A stretch of 63,437 nucleotides of DNA, taken from IMG/VR virus record IMGVR_UViG_3300029319_000008. One strand, given 5' to 3'. This DNA is from an uncultured virus (IMG/VR IMGVR_UViG_3300029319_000008). Lineage: Duplodnaviria > Heunggongvirae > Uroviricota > Caudoviricetes. The notes beneath the pieces were generated by a model, which was not told the DNA's origin, made no database searches, and saw nothing but the letters and a program-made list of their open reading frames with translations. The position numbers were made by a program, and so were the translations under genes. Shown here piece after piece: positions 38,397-48,477 of this stretch. The first letter of the stretch is position 1; each line of letters begins with the position of its first letter.

Positions 38397-38551
38397 TACT
38401 CATCTAATACATCAAATACTCTATTGAGATAATCATTTGCTCCTTTACATTCCCATTCACCTTTCTCTCCAATTTCACATTTGTAGTGAAGTTCTCTTTT
38501 GAGTTGCATTAACCTGTTGGTCATTGCTACTTTGTCTAGTCGTCCGTTCAT
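38387..38551 (-). CDS. Hypothetical protein
   Basis: MNGRLDKVAMTNRL...GANDYLNRVFDVLDEY; trimmed start with ATGA overlap. Confidence 0.65.
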   Translation of the reverse strand: MNGRLDKVAMTNRLMQLKRELHYKCEIGEKGEWECKGANDYLNRVFDVLDEYWQ

Positions 38552-39114
38552 GTGTCGTAATAGGTATCTACAAATGATCGTATTCCTTCCCATTCATTCT
38601 CTACTCTTAACGTAGCAGTTCGAGTAACAGTGTTAGTTGCTCCACCTAATGTTAAGGGTTCAGTTTCGACTACTTCTATGGTAAATGTTACTATAACATA
38701 CCAACGAGTGTCTTGATCGAGAAAATAGAAATCCTTGTTCGGTGGCACATTACTGACACCAATAACAGTAGTAGGGGTGTCTACTAAATCAGTACCACCC
38801 TTATCAACATAGGTAAAACTATCGGAAAACGGATCATTAAAAGTTCCAGAGATGCTAACACTTGTAGTACCAGGTGTAATAGTCAACGTACTTGATAAGT
38901 CAGTTGCTCCACCTACTACTGTATCAGATGAATTATAATAAGAATATGTTACTGCAGTACAGTTAGTACTTGTAACAGACCAATTCTGATTACCAGTTTG
39001 TGTATTGGTACTAGCAGAGACAGTATGACTTAATGTATAATCAGGTCTTATCTTATCAGCGAACTGAGAAGTAGGAAGATCACCTGCAGGTGAACATGTT
39101 ATACTAACTGCCAT
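38548..39114 (-). CDS. Putative baseplate-associated protein
   Basis: 188 aa, T/S-rich, in the baseplate operon. Confidence 0.6.
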   Translation of the reverse strand: MAVSITCSPAGDLPTSQFADKIRPDYTLSHTVSASTNTQTGNQNWSVTSTNCTAVTYSYYNSSDTVVGGATDLSSTLTITPGTTSVSISGTFNDPFSDSFTYVDKGGTDLVDTPTTVIGVSNVPPNKDFYFLDQDTRWYVIVTFTIEVVETEPLTLGGATNTVTRTATLRVENEWEGIRSFVDTYYDT

Positions 39115-39316
39115 TTGTCTCTCTACCCATTATCTGTTGAAGATACCAAGAATACTTGGCATACTCATTGTGTTGATCCTCAGTATGAGGACCATCAGGT
39201 ATATCTGGTTGAAACTTTATAACATTATCTATTATTAGAGGGATGTCACCTATACGATTATAGGTCTTTACGTCACCATCTACTAATATTTCAAAATGAC
39301 CAGTTACATCGTTCAT
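39104..39316 (-). CDS. Conserved baseplate-region small protein
   Basis: DIP..IDNVIKFQPDIPDGPHTEDQH motif; start trimmed to MNDVTG. Confidence 0.65.
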   Translation of the reverse strand: MNDVTGHFEILVDGDVKTYNRIGDIPLIIDNVIKFQPDIPDGPHTEDQHNEYAKYSWYLQQIMGRETNGS

Positions 39317-39317
39317 G

Positions 39318-40271
39318 TTAGTTGAGGTCAATACGTGGTGCTTGATGCTTCATATTTCCTCCAGAATTAAACAAGGAGGTACTTCCACAATCCATCCCAA
39401 ATTGCCCTGCTGCTGATATATTTATTTTACCAGATGAGGTATTAATATCAAATGAGGGTGTTGATGCTCCTATTGAACCAGTAGATTGACCAGTTGGAGA
39501 ACCAATAACTCTTTTGCCACCTACATTCCATTCAACTTTACCAGTTATGTCATTTATTGAATTACTCTTAACAGTTGTTCTCATATGACCCTTAACATCT
39601 ATTTGCATATCACCTTCACTCTTAAATCGAAGAACTCCACCAGGACTTGTTTGTTCAATAATGTAAGTACCAGCAAAAGAATCTTTCATAAGACCACCTT
39701 TTTTTAAATCTCTTTGAATGTTGTTAGCAACCGTGATAGATTTACTCGCTTCACATTTGTGATCTCCAGTAATATTCTCACCGAGTTCAGAGTAATTATA
39801 CAATGCAGGTCCCTTTACTGTCAAGTTATCTTCACCATTTATTGTAGTGTAACGATTACCTTTAATATTTGTATGCATATCACCTTCAATGTCAAGGTGA
39901 ACATTACCTGTAACATTAAGAACAAAACGATCACTCTTACTAGGATCTTGACTGTCTAACCTTGTTCCAGTTTTAACATTAATATGTCTTGCAGCAATAA
40001 CGTTGACATCTCTTACAGGAGTATGTACTTGAATATCACCGTTAGCATACATCTTAATGTATGCACCAGTAGTTCCATGTCTTAAATTGATATACTCATT
40101 TTCTTCAGTTTCATTAAATTCCCATTTATGTCCACAAGCAAATGTTTTTGATTTGTTGTAAGGATACTTTATTTGTCCTTCTTGTTGGTTCTTTTTAATG
40201 CTATCTGCTGCTTCAATAGCAGCATCTGACATACCATTCTGTTTTGCTAATTCTTTATCAAAATCTGGCAT
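39318..40271 (-). CDS. gp5 C-terminal-like spike protein (beta-helix)
   Basis: YPYN.S.T..GH.WEF..T...E.I.L.H.TG; repeated V.G/I.G; ends APRIDLN; TAATG coupling with the upstream gp5-N gene. Confidence 0.8.
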   Translation of the reverse strand: MPDFDKELAKQNGMSDAAIEAADSIKKNQQEGQIKYPYNKSKTFACGHKWEFNETEENEYINLRHGTTGAYIKMYANGDIQVHTPVRDVNVIAARHINVKTGTRLDSQDPSKSDRFVLNVTGNVHLDIEGDMHTNIKGNRYTTINGEDNLTVKGPALYNYSELGENITGDHKCEASKSITVANNIQRDLKKGGLMKDSFAGTYIIEQTSPGGVLRFKSEGDMQIDVKGHMRTTVKSNSINDITGKVEWNVGGKRVIGSPTGQSTGSIGASTPSFDINTSSGKINISAAGQFGMDCGSTSLFNSGGNMKHQAPRIDLN

Positions 40272-42478
40272 TAGTAATCTCCTGGATATCCTACACAATC
40301 AATGATGTCACGATAATCATCAAATAGGTTGAGATACTTTTTAGCATCTTTTCTAGGTACATATCTCAACACTGGTTTAATAATTGCTCTTCTTTGATCA
40401 CCATCACTAATATCTCTGTTTGTACATCCAACATAAATTTTAGGTAATGTTGTAAACCCAAATCCTTCTTTAATTACTCTTATAGAAATTAATCTACCAT
40501 TTATAATGATTGGTTCTAATTCAGGTAACACTATATTAGTTCCCTCATCTTCTCCAGGTTCAACAATAATACCACATGATCCATCAAGATTACTTCCAGC
40601 GTTAATTACCTGTGGAGGATTATTTGGAGTAATAATACCAATCCAGTATGGATTATCAGCATGTACACCAAAAATTTTATCGTAATCTGGTTCAGTTTCA
40701 CCATCTTCTCCCTCAATTTCAGGTACAACAGGATTTAAATTTGATCCATCAAAATATGGATATCCACCTCCACCATTTCTTACAACAATATCTTCTAACC
40801 TTCCATTTTTAAGAATAGGTACAAGTTCAGCACCTGAACCCCAATCTCTATAAGGTTTTACTGATACTTTAAGTCCAGTAGAAAGATCCTCTCCAGGATT
40901 TATAATCTTTCCACCAATAATTTTACCTTTACCACTAACAACTGGAATTGCTTTTGGATACTTAGAACCTTTCTTATACGTTCCAGGAAACGGACCTGGG
41001 AAATCACCAATTAATTCATCATACCTATACTTAAGTCCAGTAAATACAAGTTCTGGAATAGCAGGGAATACAAATTTATTTGCCTTAGAACAATTTAATG
41101 TACCTTTGGCAACTTTACCATCACTACCAATAATTTTAGTATTCTCAAAAGTTTTTAAGAATGAATCACTTCCAAATAATCCAATTTCAGTGTCTCTTGG
41201 AAGATTACCAAATGTCTCAATTCTATTCATAAAACTGGTAATTGAATTATCACTACTCTCACCTTCTTTAGTTGTGTATTCACCGATACCAAGTATGCAA
41301 GAAAGTTGTCCATCACAGAAAAGAGCAACTAGGTCTCCAATCTTTTTAACCCAACTTCCACCCCAATCTCCATATTCAGAGATAAGAGAGGTTACACTAC
41401 TTAAAGAACCAAGACCTTGACCTACTAAATCACTAATTTTTGATGTGATTCCAGAAATAATATCTTGAACCATACAAAATGCAGTGTTTGTAACATCATC
41501 AATAATTCCAGTAACAATGTCTAGAATAAGATTAAGTAACTCTTCTAGAATAGTACCAAATATACATTTAAAGATTTCAATAAGTGCATCACCTAATTCA
41601 TTAGCAACGAAAATAATTGAAGAATCTTTGTCAGGTTTAAGTTCTAGTGCAGTTGTAATTGGTGTAATAATAAATTCTTGAAAATATTTTTTAAATTCAT
41701 TAAGAATTAGTTGTTTAACATCACCAAGAATACCAGAACTAGCAGCACCTAATCTACTGGTATAGTTTTGAATAAGTTCACCAGTATCAGTAATATTACC
41801 AGTTAGTTTGTTTACAAATACACTACCTACTTTTTCATTTTCTCCAGTAAATTGAAAAAGATCATTTAAAATTTTAGTAAATTCACCTTCTGGTCTAGGA
41901 CCACATTTACCGTTTGAAATTGTAAAAGTTTGTCTTTCGTTCTTTTCTTGTTGTAGGTCATTAGCACTAATTGTACCTGTATTTGATCCTCTGTTTGATT
42001 GACCATGACCACCAGAACTTTCTGTCATGTTTTTGACAAGTTCAGGTCTTCTTGGTTCGTAATCATTAGAAAGACCAAGATCATTATATCTGTCGGTATA
42101 TGTTTGTTGCCTCTTATCTACAATTCCAATAGAACCCATAACCAAAGGTTGTTGAGCACTTTCACCATCCATAAAAGTTCCAAGCACCCACATGCCATTC
42201 TCAAGACCATGAACTGTACCAGCAGAATGTCTGGTAATGGTCTCAGTAGTTGGCATTAAAACCGATGCCCAAGGTAAGTCCAAAGGTTTGAGTTGTGATC
42301 TACTTCTAGTGTGATATCCCATAATTCTAACCTTAACACGGTTAGATTCTTGATAATCTACACATTCATCACCAGCGATAGTTTTTGCACCATCACCCTC
42401 AACCTGACCCACCCAGAGTCGGTTTCCTTGTGCTCCAAACCAATAGTTGGATTCTAATGTAGGTGACGCTCCTAACAT
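40271..42478 (-). CDS. gp5 N-terminal (OB-fold) baseplate hub protein
   Basis: WVGQVE...RVKVRIMGYH......DLPWA.VLMP...G.WVLGTFMDGESAQQPLVMG. Confidence 0.85.
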   Translation of the reverse strand: MLGASPTLESNYWFGAQGNRLWVGQVEGDGAKTIAGDECVDYQESNRVKVRIMGYHTRSRSQLKPLDLPWASVLMPTTETITRHSAGTVHGLENGMWVLGTFMDGESAQQPLVMGSIGIVDKRQQTYTDRYNDLGLSNDYEPRRPELVKNMTESSGGHGQSNRGSNTGTISANDLQQEKNERQTFTISNGKCGPRPEGEFTKILNDLFQFTGENEKVGSVFVNKLTGNITDTGELIQNYTSRLGAASSGILGDVKQLILNEFKKYFQEFIITPITTALELKPDKDSSIIFVANELGDALIEIFKCIFGTILEELLNLILDIVTGIIDDVTNTAFCMVQDIISGITSKISDLVGQGLGSLSSVTSLISEYGDWGGSWVKKIGDLVALFCDGQLSCILGIGEYTTKEGESSDNSITSFMNRIETFGNLPRDTEIGLFGSDSFLKTFENTKIIGSDGKVAKGTLNCSKANKFVFPAIPELVFTGLKYRYDELIGDFPGPFPGTYKKGSKYPKAIPVVSGKGKIIGGKIINPGEDLSTGLKVSVKPYRDWGSGAELVPILKNGRLEDIVVRNGGGGYPYFDGSNLNPVVPEIEGEDGETEPDYDKIFGVHADNPYWIGIITPNNPPQVINAGSNLDGSCGIIVEPGEDEGTNIVLPELEPIIINGRLISIRVIKEGFGFTTLPKIYVGCTNRDISDGDQRRAIIKPVLRYVPRKDAKKYLNLFDDYRDIIDCVGYPGDY

Positions 42479-42481
42479 ATG

Positions 42482-42709
42482 TTAATCGTCATATACTAAG
42501 CACTCTGGTTCGTCAGGGTGCATGTCACAGAATAATTCTAATGCGTTTGGATCATGATGATCACCTGCTGCAATTTCTTCTTTATGATGTTCAGCATACT
42601 CTTCTAATTCATGCAACTCTTCTTTTGCATGTCTACGTGCAGCAGGTGATGTCATAGGATTTTCGATAATATCCTTATCTTTTTGTATGTGATCTTCTAT
42701 ACTTTTCAT
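42482..42709 (-). CDS. cp12: CP12 Calvin-cycle inhibitor (phage auxiliary metabolic gene)
   Basis: C-terminal LELFCDMHPDEPECLVYDD signature; phage-type N-terminus. Confidence 0.95.
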   Translation of the reverse strand: MKSIEDHIQKDKDIIENPMTSPAARRHAKEELHELEEYAEHHKEEIAAGDHHDPNALELFCDMHPDEPECLVYDD

Positions 42710-42713
42710 AAGT

Positions 42714-44015
42714 TTAAACTCCGAATGAATCTCTTACTAATGTAAGACGTGTAGTTAACTTGTCATCTCCTTTTGAAAATAAATGAATCAAGTCAAAAAT
42801 AACATAGCGTCCACTGTAGGTTTTGTCAACCTTTCCGTCAGCACCTGAAAACTCAATGTTGATAATATCACCAGCATTAATTGCCATGTTACCATATATA
42901 TTAGCATTTAAAATGGTATTTGAAAAGACCCCCATCCTTTGAATAGATTGAGAGATAGTTTCTTTAAATAACATTTTACTTTCAGTATTCTTCTCAGAAC
43001 CAGGTTCTAAGAACAAATCATCATTATAAGAAACTGCCATTGTACGGGTTGGACGATCATCCAGTACCTCACTATATAGTTGAGGTAAGGTATTGTTTTC
43101 ACCAACTTTAGTCCATTTAGAGAAGTTTTCTTTTAGTGTATATGATTCACTGAGAACTTCACAATTAACAGTATCAAAGAAATCTATAGTTCCTGAAAAG
43201 AATCCTCTGTCAAAATCTGCCATCATATTGACTGCTTTTGGAAACTGTGGAGAGTTTAATCTATAAATCTCATCACTTCCTCCTAACCCTGATCCTGTAG
43301 TATAAGTAAACTCTGTTGGTTCTTGACCTGCAATAGAATCAATTGATTTAAAATAATATCCTTTATAAGTTTCCCAAAATAAATATCCAGCACTTGCATA
43401 GGATCCACCTGATGCTGTAGTTTTTTGATCTTTAGCAACATATTTGTTTCTAGACCATACTAAAACATCATAAGGTCTAGACATTGGAGGTACAAAAGAC
43501 AGTTTATTTAAACTAGAAGAAACATTACCTGAATATTGTTTTGTTGTTTTTAATGTGTCTCCAAGAATATCTTGAACTAAATCTGCTGCAGGAATTGAAT
43601 TATATTTCTTACACACTCTTTGTTGTGCTGATTCTAATGCATCTTTTCTACATAACTCAAGAACTAAAATCTTTCCAGTGTCGATTACTTGCTTATCATG
43701 AATTTGATAAACATATAAAGGTCCATTTGAAGATCCACTAGTAAATTCATATTTTACATTAGTAGTTTCATCTTCAACAACAAGTTCAATCTCTTCCATA
43801 CCAACAAGAACATCAGTTAATTGACTTGTAGTATCTACAATTTGTAAAGTAACAGAAATAAATTGATTCAATAATCCTTCTCTATACTCAAACTGCAACA
43901 CTGATGATTTATCAATTAGTGTTGAAATTTTATTATTTGGATTTTCTGGATCAGAAAATTTAATTAATACTGATACTACTTTAAAATTATTACGAGTAAG
44001 TGGTGATGCTGTCAT
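42714..44015 (-). CDS. Baseplate hub (gp27-like) tail protein
   Basis: 433 aa; GYLFWETYKGYYFKSID, GN....AGDII.I, YSGRYVI..L.H, T.LTLVRDS. Confidence 0.7.
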   Translation of the reverse strand: MTASPLTRNNFKVVSVLIKFSDPENPNNKISTLIDKSSVLQFEYREGLLNQFISVTLQIVDTTSQLTDVLVGMEEIELVVEDETTNVKYEFTSGSSNGPLYVYQIHDKQVIDTGKILVLELCRKDALESAQQRVCKKYNSIPAADLVQDILGDTLKTTKQYSGNVSSSLNKLSFVPPMSRPYDVLVWSRNKYVAKDQKTTASGGSYASAGYLFWETYKGYYFKSIDSIAGQEPTEFTYTTGSGLGGSDEIYRLNSPQFPKAVNMMADFDRGFFSGTIDFFDTVNCEVLSESYTLKENFSKWTKVGENNTLPQLYSEVLDDRPTRTMAVSYNDDLFLEPGSEKNTESKMLFKETISQSIQRMGVFSNTILNANIYGNMAINAGDIINIEFSGADGKVDKTYSGRYVIFDLIHLFSKGDDKLTTRLTLVRDSFGV

Positions 44016-44017
44016 TA

Positions 44018-45973
44018 TTAATAACCTCCTGGTTGTAACATAGGATCACTACCTATTGGTTGAGTAATCTTTGGAGGATTTACCTTAGGTACAGTAGGTT
44101 GTTGTGTAGGAGTTCCACCTAAGTAATTCATAAACTTTTCAAACATATTCATTTCTCTCTTTGGATTCTGTTTTATATCAGGTGTCTTAGTTGTTCCTGC
44201 TTTAGGCATTGAGAATATGTCAGGAACTTTAGCAGGACCTCTAAAAATACTTTCATTCATATCTCCACCAGTTCCATATGCAGTAAAGAACTGATTATCT
44301 GCTTGAGTGCCTCTTGATCTTACCTCTGCTTGATCTCTATAATCAATTTTAGAATTAGCACCAAGAAACTCTGTTCTACCTCCAACATGCTTTGCTGCAT
44401 GCTGTTGCATTTTTTTATTTGCAAGTGCTGCCATGGTTTGATCAAATAATTTAGCAACATCTGCTCTAGAACGAGGTTGATCTCTTTTTTCATAGTAAGA
44501 CATCATAGCATCAATAGCAGTTTTCCTATCCTTAACACGTTTCCATATAGGATCTGTTTTAGTACCTTCACCACTACTTGCATTTGGATCTGTATAAGCA
44601 GGTTGATATTGTCCATCTGCAGTAATAACTTCACTAATACTAGATCCATAAAGTTTTTTAGGATCATTTGCTCTGTTATAAATTGATTGTGCAACATCTA
44701 CTCTTGCTTGAGCATTTCCACCTTCTAATGCAGAAATTGCTGCTACCAGTGCTTGATCTTGATTAGCATCAGGTGTTGATTTATCTGGTATGACATTCTT
44801 TGCGTTAGCACCACCAATACCAAGAATTGAATTTGCTAAACCACCAGCAAAATTTTTAAATGTAGAAGAAGTTGCATCTTTGACCTTTTTATCTACATCT
44901 TTTGGTAAAACTTCACTAAAGGGTTTGAGAACATTATTTGCAAGATTCAATACTCCTAAAGTTGCCACTTTCTGAGGAACTAAAATAGCAGAAGACAAAG
45001 GTTTAGTTAATTTTTTAACTTCTGGATTTACATCAGGAACATTAGTAATTGGTTGAAGAGGTTTCTTTATACCCTCAGTAAATTGACCTCCATCAAAAGC
45101 ACTTTTAATTGGTGGGTTGCCCATCTGTTCACGCATCTGCAATACTTTCTTCTGCGTCTCAGTTGGATTGTTAGAATCATATTTTTCTCCTGCAACCATT
45201 CTTTCAGTGTTTGAAGATGATAAAGAAGGATTAACTCCTTGTATTTTACCATCTTTACCTCTAGATGGAACAAAATTAAACCCTGTGTCAGGTTTTCTAT
45301 CTTTTGATCTTACAGAGGGTTCATTTGAATCTTCTGCTTTAGGAATAAACCAGTTAAAGAATTGAGTAACTGGGTTATCAGTTTTTTTATCCCTATTATC
45401 CCAATCCAAAAATGTCTCAACACCATTTAATATTGTAGGTAAAGCAAATGCTGCTAAGGTTGCAGTAAGACCTGCTATACCTCCTTTTTTCAAAGGACCA
45501 AGAAGAAATCCTAATAGACCATCTAGTGCACTATCTTCTTCCTTGTTAAATTTCTTATCAGATGTATTTTCTTCTCCTGGTTCTACAGGTTTTTCAAGTT
45601 CTGCTTCTCTTCTTTTTACTGCTAATCTAGTAGTTAATTTTTTATCAATCTTTTTCTTAAATTCAAATCTTTCTTTATCAATTTTATACATGTTAAGGAG
45701 TGCTTGTCTGGTCTCAATAACATTTGTTTTAATCTCAGTTAATTGTTCACCAAGACCCATAGTATCAGAAGACAATACTTTTCTATCAAATTTCTTTTTA
45801 CCTTTAGTTTTTCTTCTTTTAGATTTTGCTGGTTTAGGAAGAGGTTCTTTTTGAACTTGTTCAACAATTTGATCAATTCTTTTTCTCAGATACTCAGGAA
45901 CCTCATTTTCCCATTCTTCATCTTCTTCGGGTTTTTGATCATCCCAAGGATCTTTTATGTCGTTAGATATCAC
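44018..45973 (-). CDS. Tape-measure/ejected protein with a cell-wall-hydrolase (SleB-like) domain
   Basis: AISALEGG...VDVAQSIYNR......ISEVITADGQYQP...NQFF. Confidence 0.65.
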   Translation of the reverse strand: MISNDIKDPWDDQKPEEDEEWENEVPEYLRKRIDQIVEQVQKEPLPKPAKSKRRKTKGKKKFDRKVLSSDTMGLGEQLTEIKTNVIETRQALLNMYKIDKERFEFKKKIDKKLTTRLAVKRREAELEKPVEPGEENTSDKKFNKEEDSALDGLLGFLLGPLKKGGIAGLTATLAAFALPTILNGVETFLDWDNRDKKTDNPVTQFFNWFIPKAEDSNEPSVRSKDRKPDTGFNFVPSRGKDGKIQGVNPSLSSSNTERMVAGEKYDSNNPTETQKKVLQMREQMGNPPIKSAFDGGQFTEGIKKPLQPITNVPDVNPEVKKLTKPLSSAILVPQKVATLGVLNLANNVLKPFSEVLPKDVDKKVKDATSSTFKNFAGGLANSILGIGGANAKNVIPDKSTPDANQDQALVAAISALEGGNAQARVDVAQSIYNRANDPKKLYGSSISEVITADGQYQPAYTDPNASSGEGTKTDPIWKRVKDRKTAIDAMMSYYEKRDQPRSRADVAKLFDQTMAALANKKMQQHAAKHVGGRTEFLGANSKIDYRDQAEVRSRGTQADNQFFTAYGTGGDMNESIFRGPAKVPDIFSMPKAGTTKTPDIKQNPKREMNMFEKFMNYLGGTPTQQPTVPKVNPPKITQPIGSDPMLQPGGY

Positions 45974-45976
45974 TTA

Positions 45977-48283
45977 TCAACCTCCAATAAGAGAATTATT
46001 ACCCCATGCAGGAGTATTAGATGAAACTGTATCTTTTCCTTTTTGATACATTGGAACTGTGAGTGGAAGGTATTGAGTTACAACTTGTGGTTGAGGTAGA
46101 ATGATTTGTGGAAGATCTATTTGAATATCTTCCATTGGATCTTGTTCTACTACACTATCTTTATTTATCGTGGGTTTGAGAGATTTTTCATCAAAGAAAT
46201 CTTCATTAAAATAACTATAACCTTTCACACTTCCATCAGGTCTTACTAAATTATTATCTGTTAAAAATTTCTTGTATGCTGCCATGCTTTTTTCTTTTGT
46301 TGCCTTACCTGCATCACTATTTTTTAAAATAGAAGTGTATACTTCAATTGGCATATTTGGAAGACCCTGTTCCATATAATCATCAAAACTAACATCTTCA
46401 TAACCAGGAACTTCATTAACCCTACTCATAAAATCTTTTTGATGTTCTATTAAATCTTCAACTGCAACAGCAGCATCACCTCTTTCAAATTTTTTATCAA
46501 CATTAAAATCTACTAATTTACCATTTACCATTTTTTGACTAGTTTCTATAGTTAAATTCTTATATCCAGTAACAAATTGATCTGGTTCTATTTGACCTGG
46601 TGCATAACCCATTGTATATTTTGGTTTATCTTTTTTAGATTTCTTAAACCAATTAAATGGATTTAATTTTTTAATTATAGTTATAGCAGAAGAAAATGGG
46701 TTTAAAAGTTTCATAAGTCCTTTTTTTACATTATCAAAAAATGTTTTTCCTAAATTAACTTCAAGACCAGTAATTGGTTTTACATTTTCACTAGGTACAT
46801 CTGAAACGTCTTTTAACTCTTTAATTGAAGATGTATCTATTCCTTCAGAACTAGCATATTTTTTAGCAGCAGTAATTAATGGAGAAATACCATAATTTAA
46901 ATATTTCGCTGCTTGTGAAGTTCCTAAGAAGTATGATAACTTACTTTCAGGAACAATATATTCCTTTTCTCCACCATCACCCACGATTACAACTTGTGGT
47001 GTATTTCCAGTTACACCTCCATCTTTTAATCCTTCAAGTTGACCATATTGTTGTATTTTTTCTTGTGGTGATAAGTTTATAAATTTAGTATATTCCTCAG
47101 CAGAAACTTCTTGTCCATTAATATATGCTTTTCCAGTTTCTAAATCAAATCTACCACTTACGTCTCGTTTAACAGAAAGTTTTTGATTAGGTTTTTCTTC
47201 TTTTTCATAAGTATTAATTGATTTTGCATCTTTCTTTTTATTAGCACCAGTAAGCATATCGGTAAGACCACCACCAATAGAACTGCCAGCAAATCCACCA
47301 ACCAATCCACCAAGAAGACCACCAACAACAGTTCCTGCCCCTGGAAAAATTGCACTTCCAATAGTAGCACCTAATGCAGCACCACCTTTAAGACCAGCAA
47401 GACCACCAGCAGTACTACCAGCAGTACCTAGTCCTGCTTGTACATTAGTTTGTCCCTCTCCTTTTCTTCCTGCAAATTCAAATCCTGCAAAAACTGCAGA
47501 TAGCAGAGGAACATTACGTAAACTCTTTAAACCACTTAATGCTCCTGGTTTTACTCCAGTTATTGTTGGTCCTTTTCCTTTAAATGGATTTAATTTATTG
47601 AGATTCTTAACAATTCCTGGTTGACTACCTTTTCCTGTAGTAACTTTAGAACCAAAATTTGGAAATACTTTATTTAATCCTGGAGGAATACCACCTTTAC
47701 CTCTAGTAATAGGAGGTCTTTTTTTAAATGGATTACCTAATCCTTTAAGAGGGTTATTTAATCCACCAGGAACTTTACTTGTAACTTTAGGTTTGAATGG
47801 ATTTAACCTTTTAAATCTATTTGGTTTTACTCCACCTTTTCCTACAGTTACTTTACCTTTACCTTTACCTTTAAATTTTCCTTTACCTTTAAATTTACCT
47901 TTACCTTTACCTTTTAATCTATTACCAAAAAATAATCTAGGTAATTTAAAACCTCCACCTTTACCTTCAGCATCAGGAACAACACTCGTAGTACCTCTTG
48001 CATCACCAGAACCAGTAGTGACTTTATCTGATCCTAAAACATCTTCAACTTTTAATTGATTTAATCTTTTCTTCTCATATTTAAAAATCTTTTGTTTTAA
48101 CTTAAGATTAAGGACAGCAGTATTTCTAAGACGTAGAGTTTCTTTTACTAATGTAGATTCTCCAGATTTTGATTCTTTAGTTCCACTAGGAATTTTCTCT
48201 TCTTCACCATCAGGAGTGATAGTATTAGAATCGTAAATGCTTTTTATAGCACTATTATAATCTGTTAAACCTAATCGATTCAT
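45977..48283 (-). CDS. Tape-measure-like protein
   Basis: 768 aa; K/G-rich repeats, long Gly/Ala hydrophobic segment, DGGV......VGDGG.KEYIVP motif; follows the chaperone genes. Confidence 0.65.
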   Translation of the reverse strand: MNRLGLTDYNSAIKSIYDSNTITPDGEEEKIPSGTKESKSGESTLVKETLRLRNTAVLNLKLKQKIFKYEKKRLNQLKVEDVLGSDKVTTGSGDARGTTSVVPDAEGKGGGFKLPRLFFGNRLKGKGKGKFKGKGKFKGKGKGKVTVGKGGVKPNRFKRLNPFKPKVTSKVPGGLNNPLKGLGNPFKKRPPITRGKGGIPPGLNKVFPNFGSKVTTGKGSQPGIVKNLNKLNPFKGKGPTITGVKPGALSGLKSLRNVPLLSAVFAGFEFAGRKGEGQTNVQAGLGTAGSTAGGLAGLKGGAALGATIGSAIFPGAGTVVGGLLGGLVGGFAGSSIGGGLTDMLTGANKKKDAKSINTYEKEEKPNQKLSVKRDVSGRFDLETGKAYINGQEVSAEEYTKFINLSPQEKIQQYGQLEGLKDGGVTGNTPQVVIVGDGGEKEYIVPESKLSYFLGTSQAAKYLNYGISPLITAAKKYASSEGIDTSSIKELKDVSDVPSENVKPITGLEVNLGKTFFDNVKKGLMKLLNPFSSAITIIKKLNPFNWFKKSKKDKPKYTMGYAPGQIEPDQFVTGYKNLTIETSQKMVNGKLVDFNVDKKFERGDAAVAVEDLIEHQKDFMSRVNEVPGYEDVSFDDYMEQGLPNMPIEVYTSILKNSDAGKATKEKSMAAYKKFLTDNNLVRPDGSVKGYSYFNEDFFDEKSLKPTINKDSVVEQDPMEDIQIDLPQIILPQPQVVTQYLPLTVPMYQKGKDTVSSNTPAWGNNSLIGG
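47851..47915. repeat. CCTTTA-based tandem repeat encoding KGKGKGKF
   Basis: ctttacctttacctttacctttaaattttcctttacctttaaatttacctttacctttacctttt. Confidence 0.8.
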
Positions 48284-48477
48284 TAGTTTCTACGTTGCTG
48301 TTCGATACGTTTCTTTTCCTCTTCCAAATACTGCTTTAATAATGTAGTGTAAATATCAAATTCCCAAGGAATTAAATTATCTAATTCTGTTAAACTATAG
48401 TTGTGATGTTGCATAAGTGCAAAAGTACTTCTATAGTAATTTTCTAAGGAATTATGGAAGAGGGCTATGCGAAAAAA
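48283..48477 (-). CDS. gp51-like baseplate hub assembly catalyst, probably reached by -1 frameshift from gp26
   Basis: -1 frame reads FFRIALFHNSLENYYRSTFALMQHHNYSLTELDNLIPWEFDIY...; first ATG only at 48414 with no SD; stop coupled (TAATG) to the tape-measure gene. Confidence 0.75.
   Translation of the reverse strand, partial: FFRIALFHNSLENYYRSTFALMQHHNYSLTELDNLIPWEFDIYTTLLKQYLEEEKKRIEQQRRN

Noticed and set aside
8222..48059. Many 60-120 aa antisense or alternate-frame ORFs within the large structural genes
   Set aside because: Shadow ORFs from codon bias; fully nested, no RBS, composition mirrors the real gene
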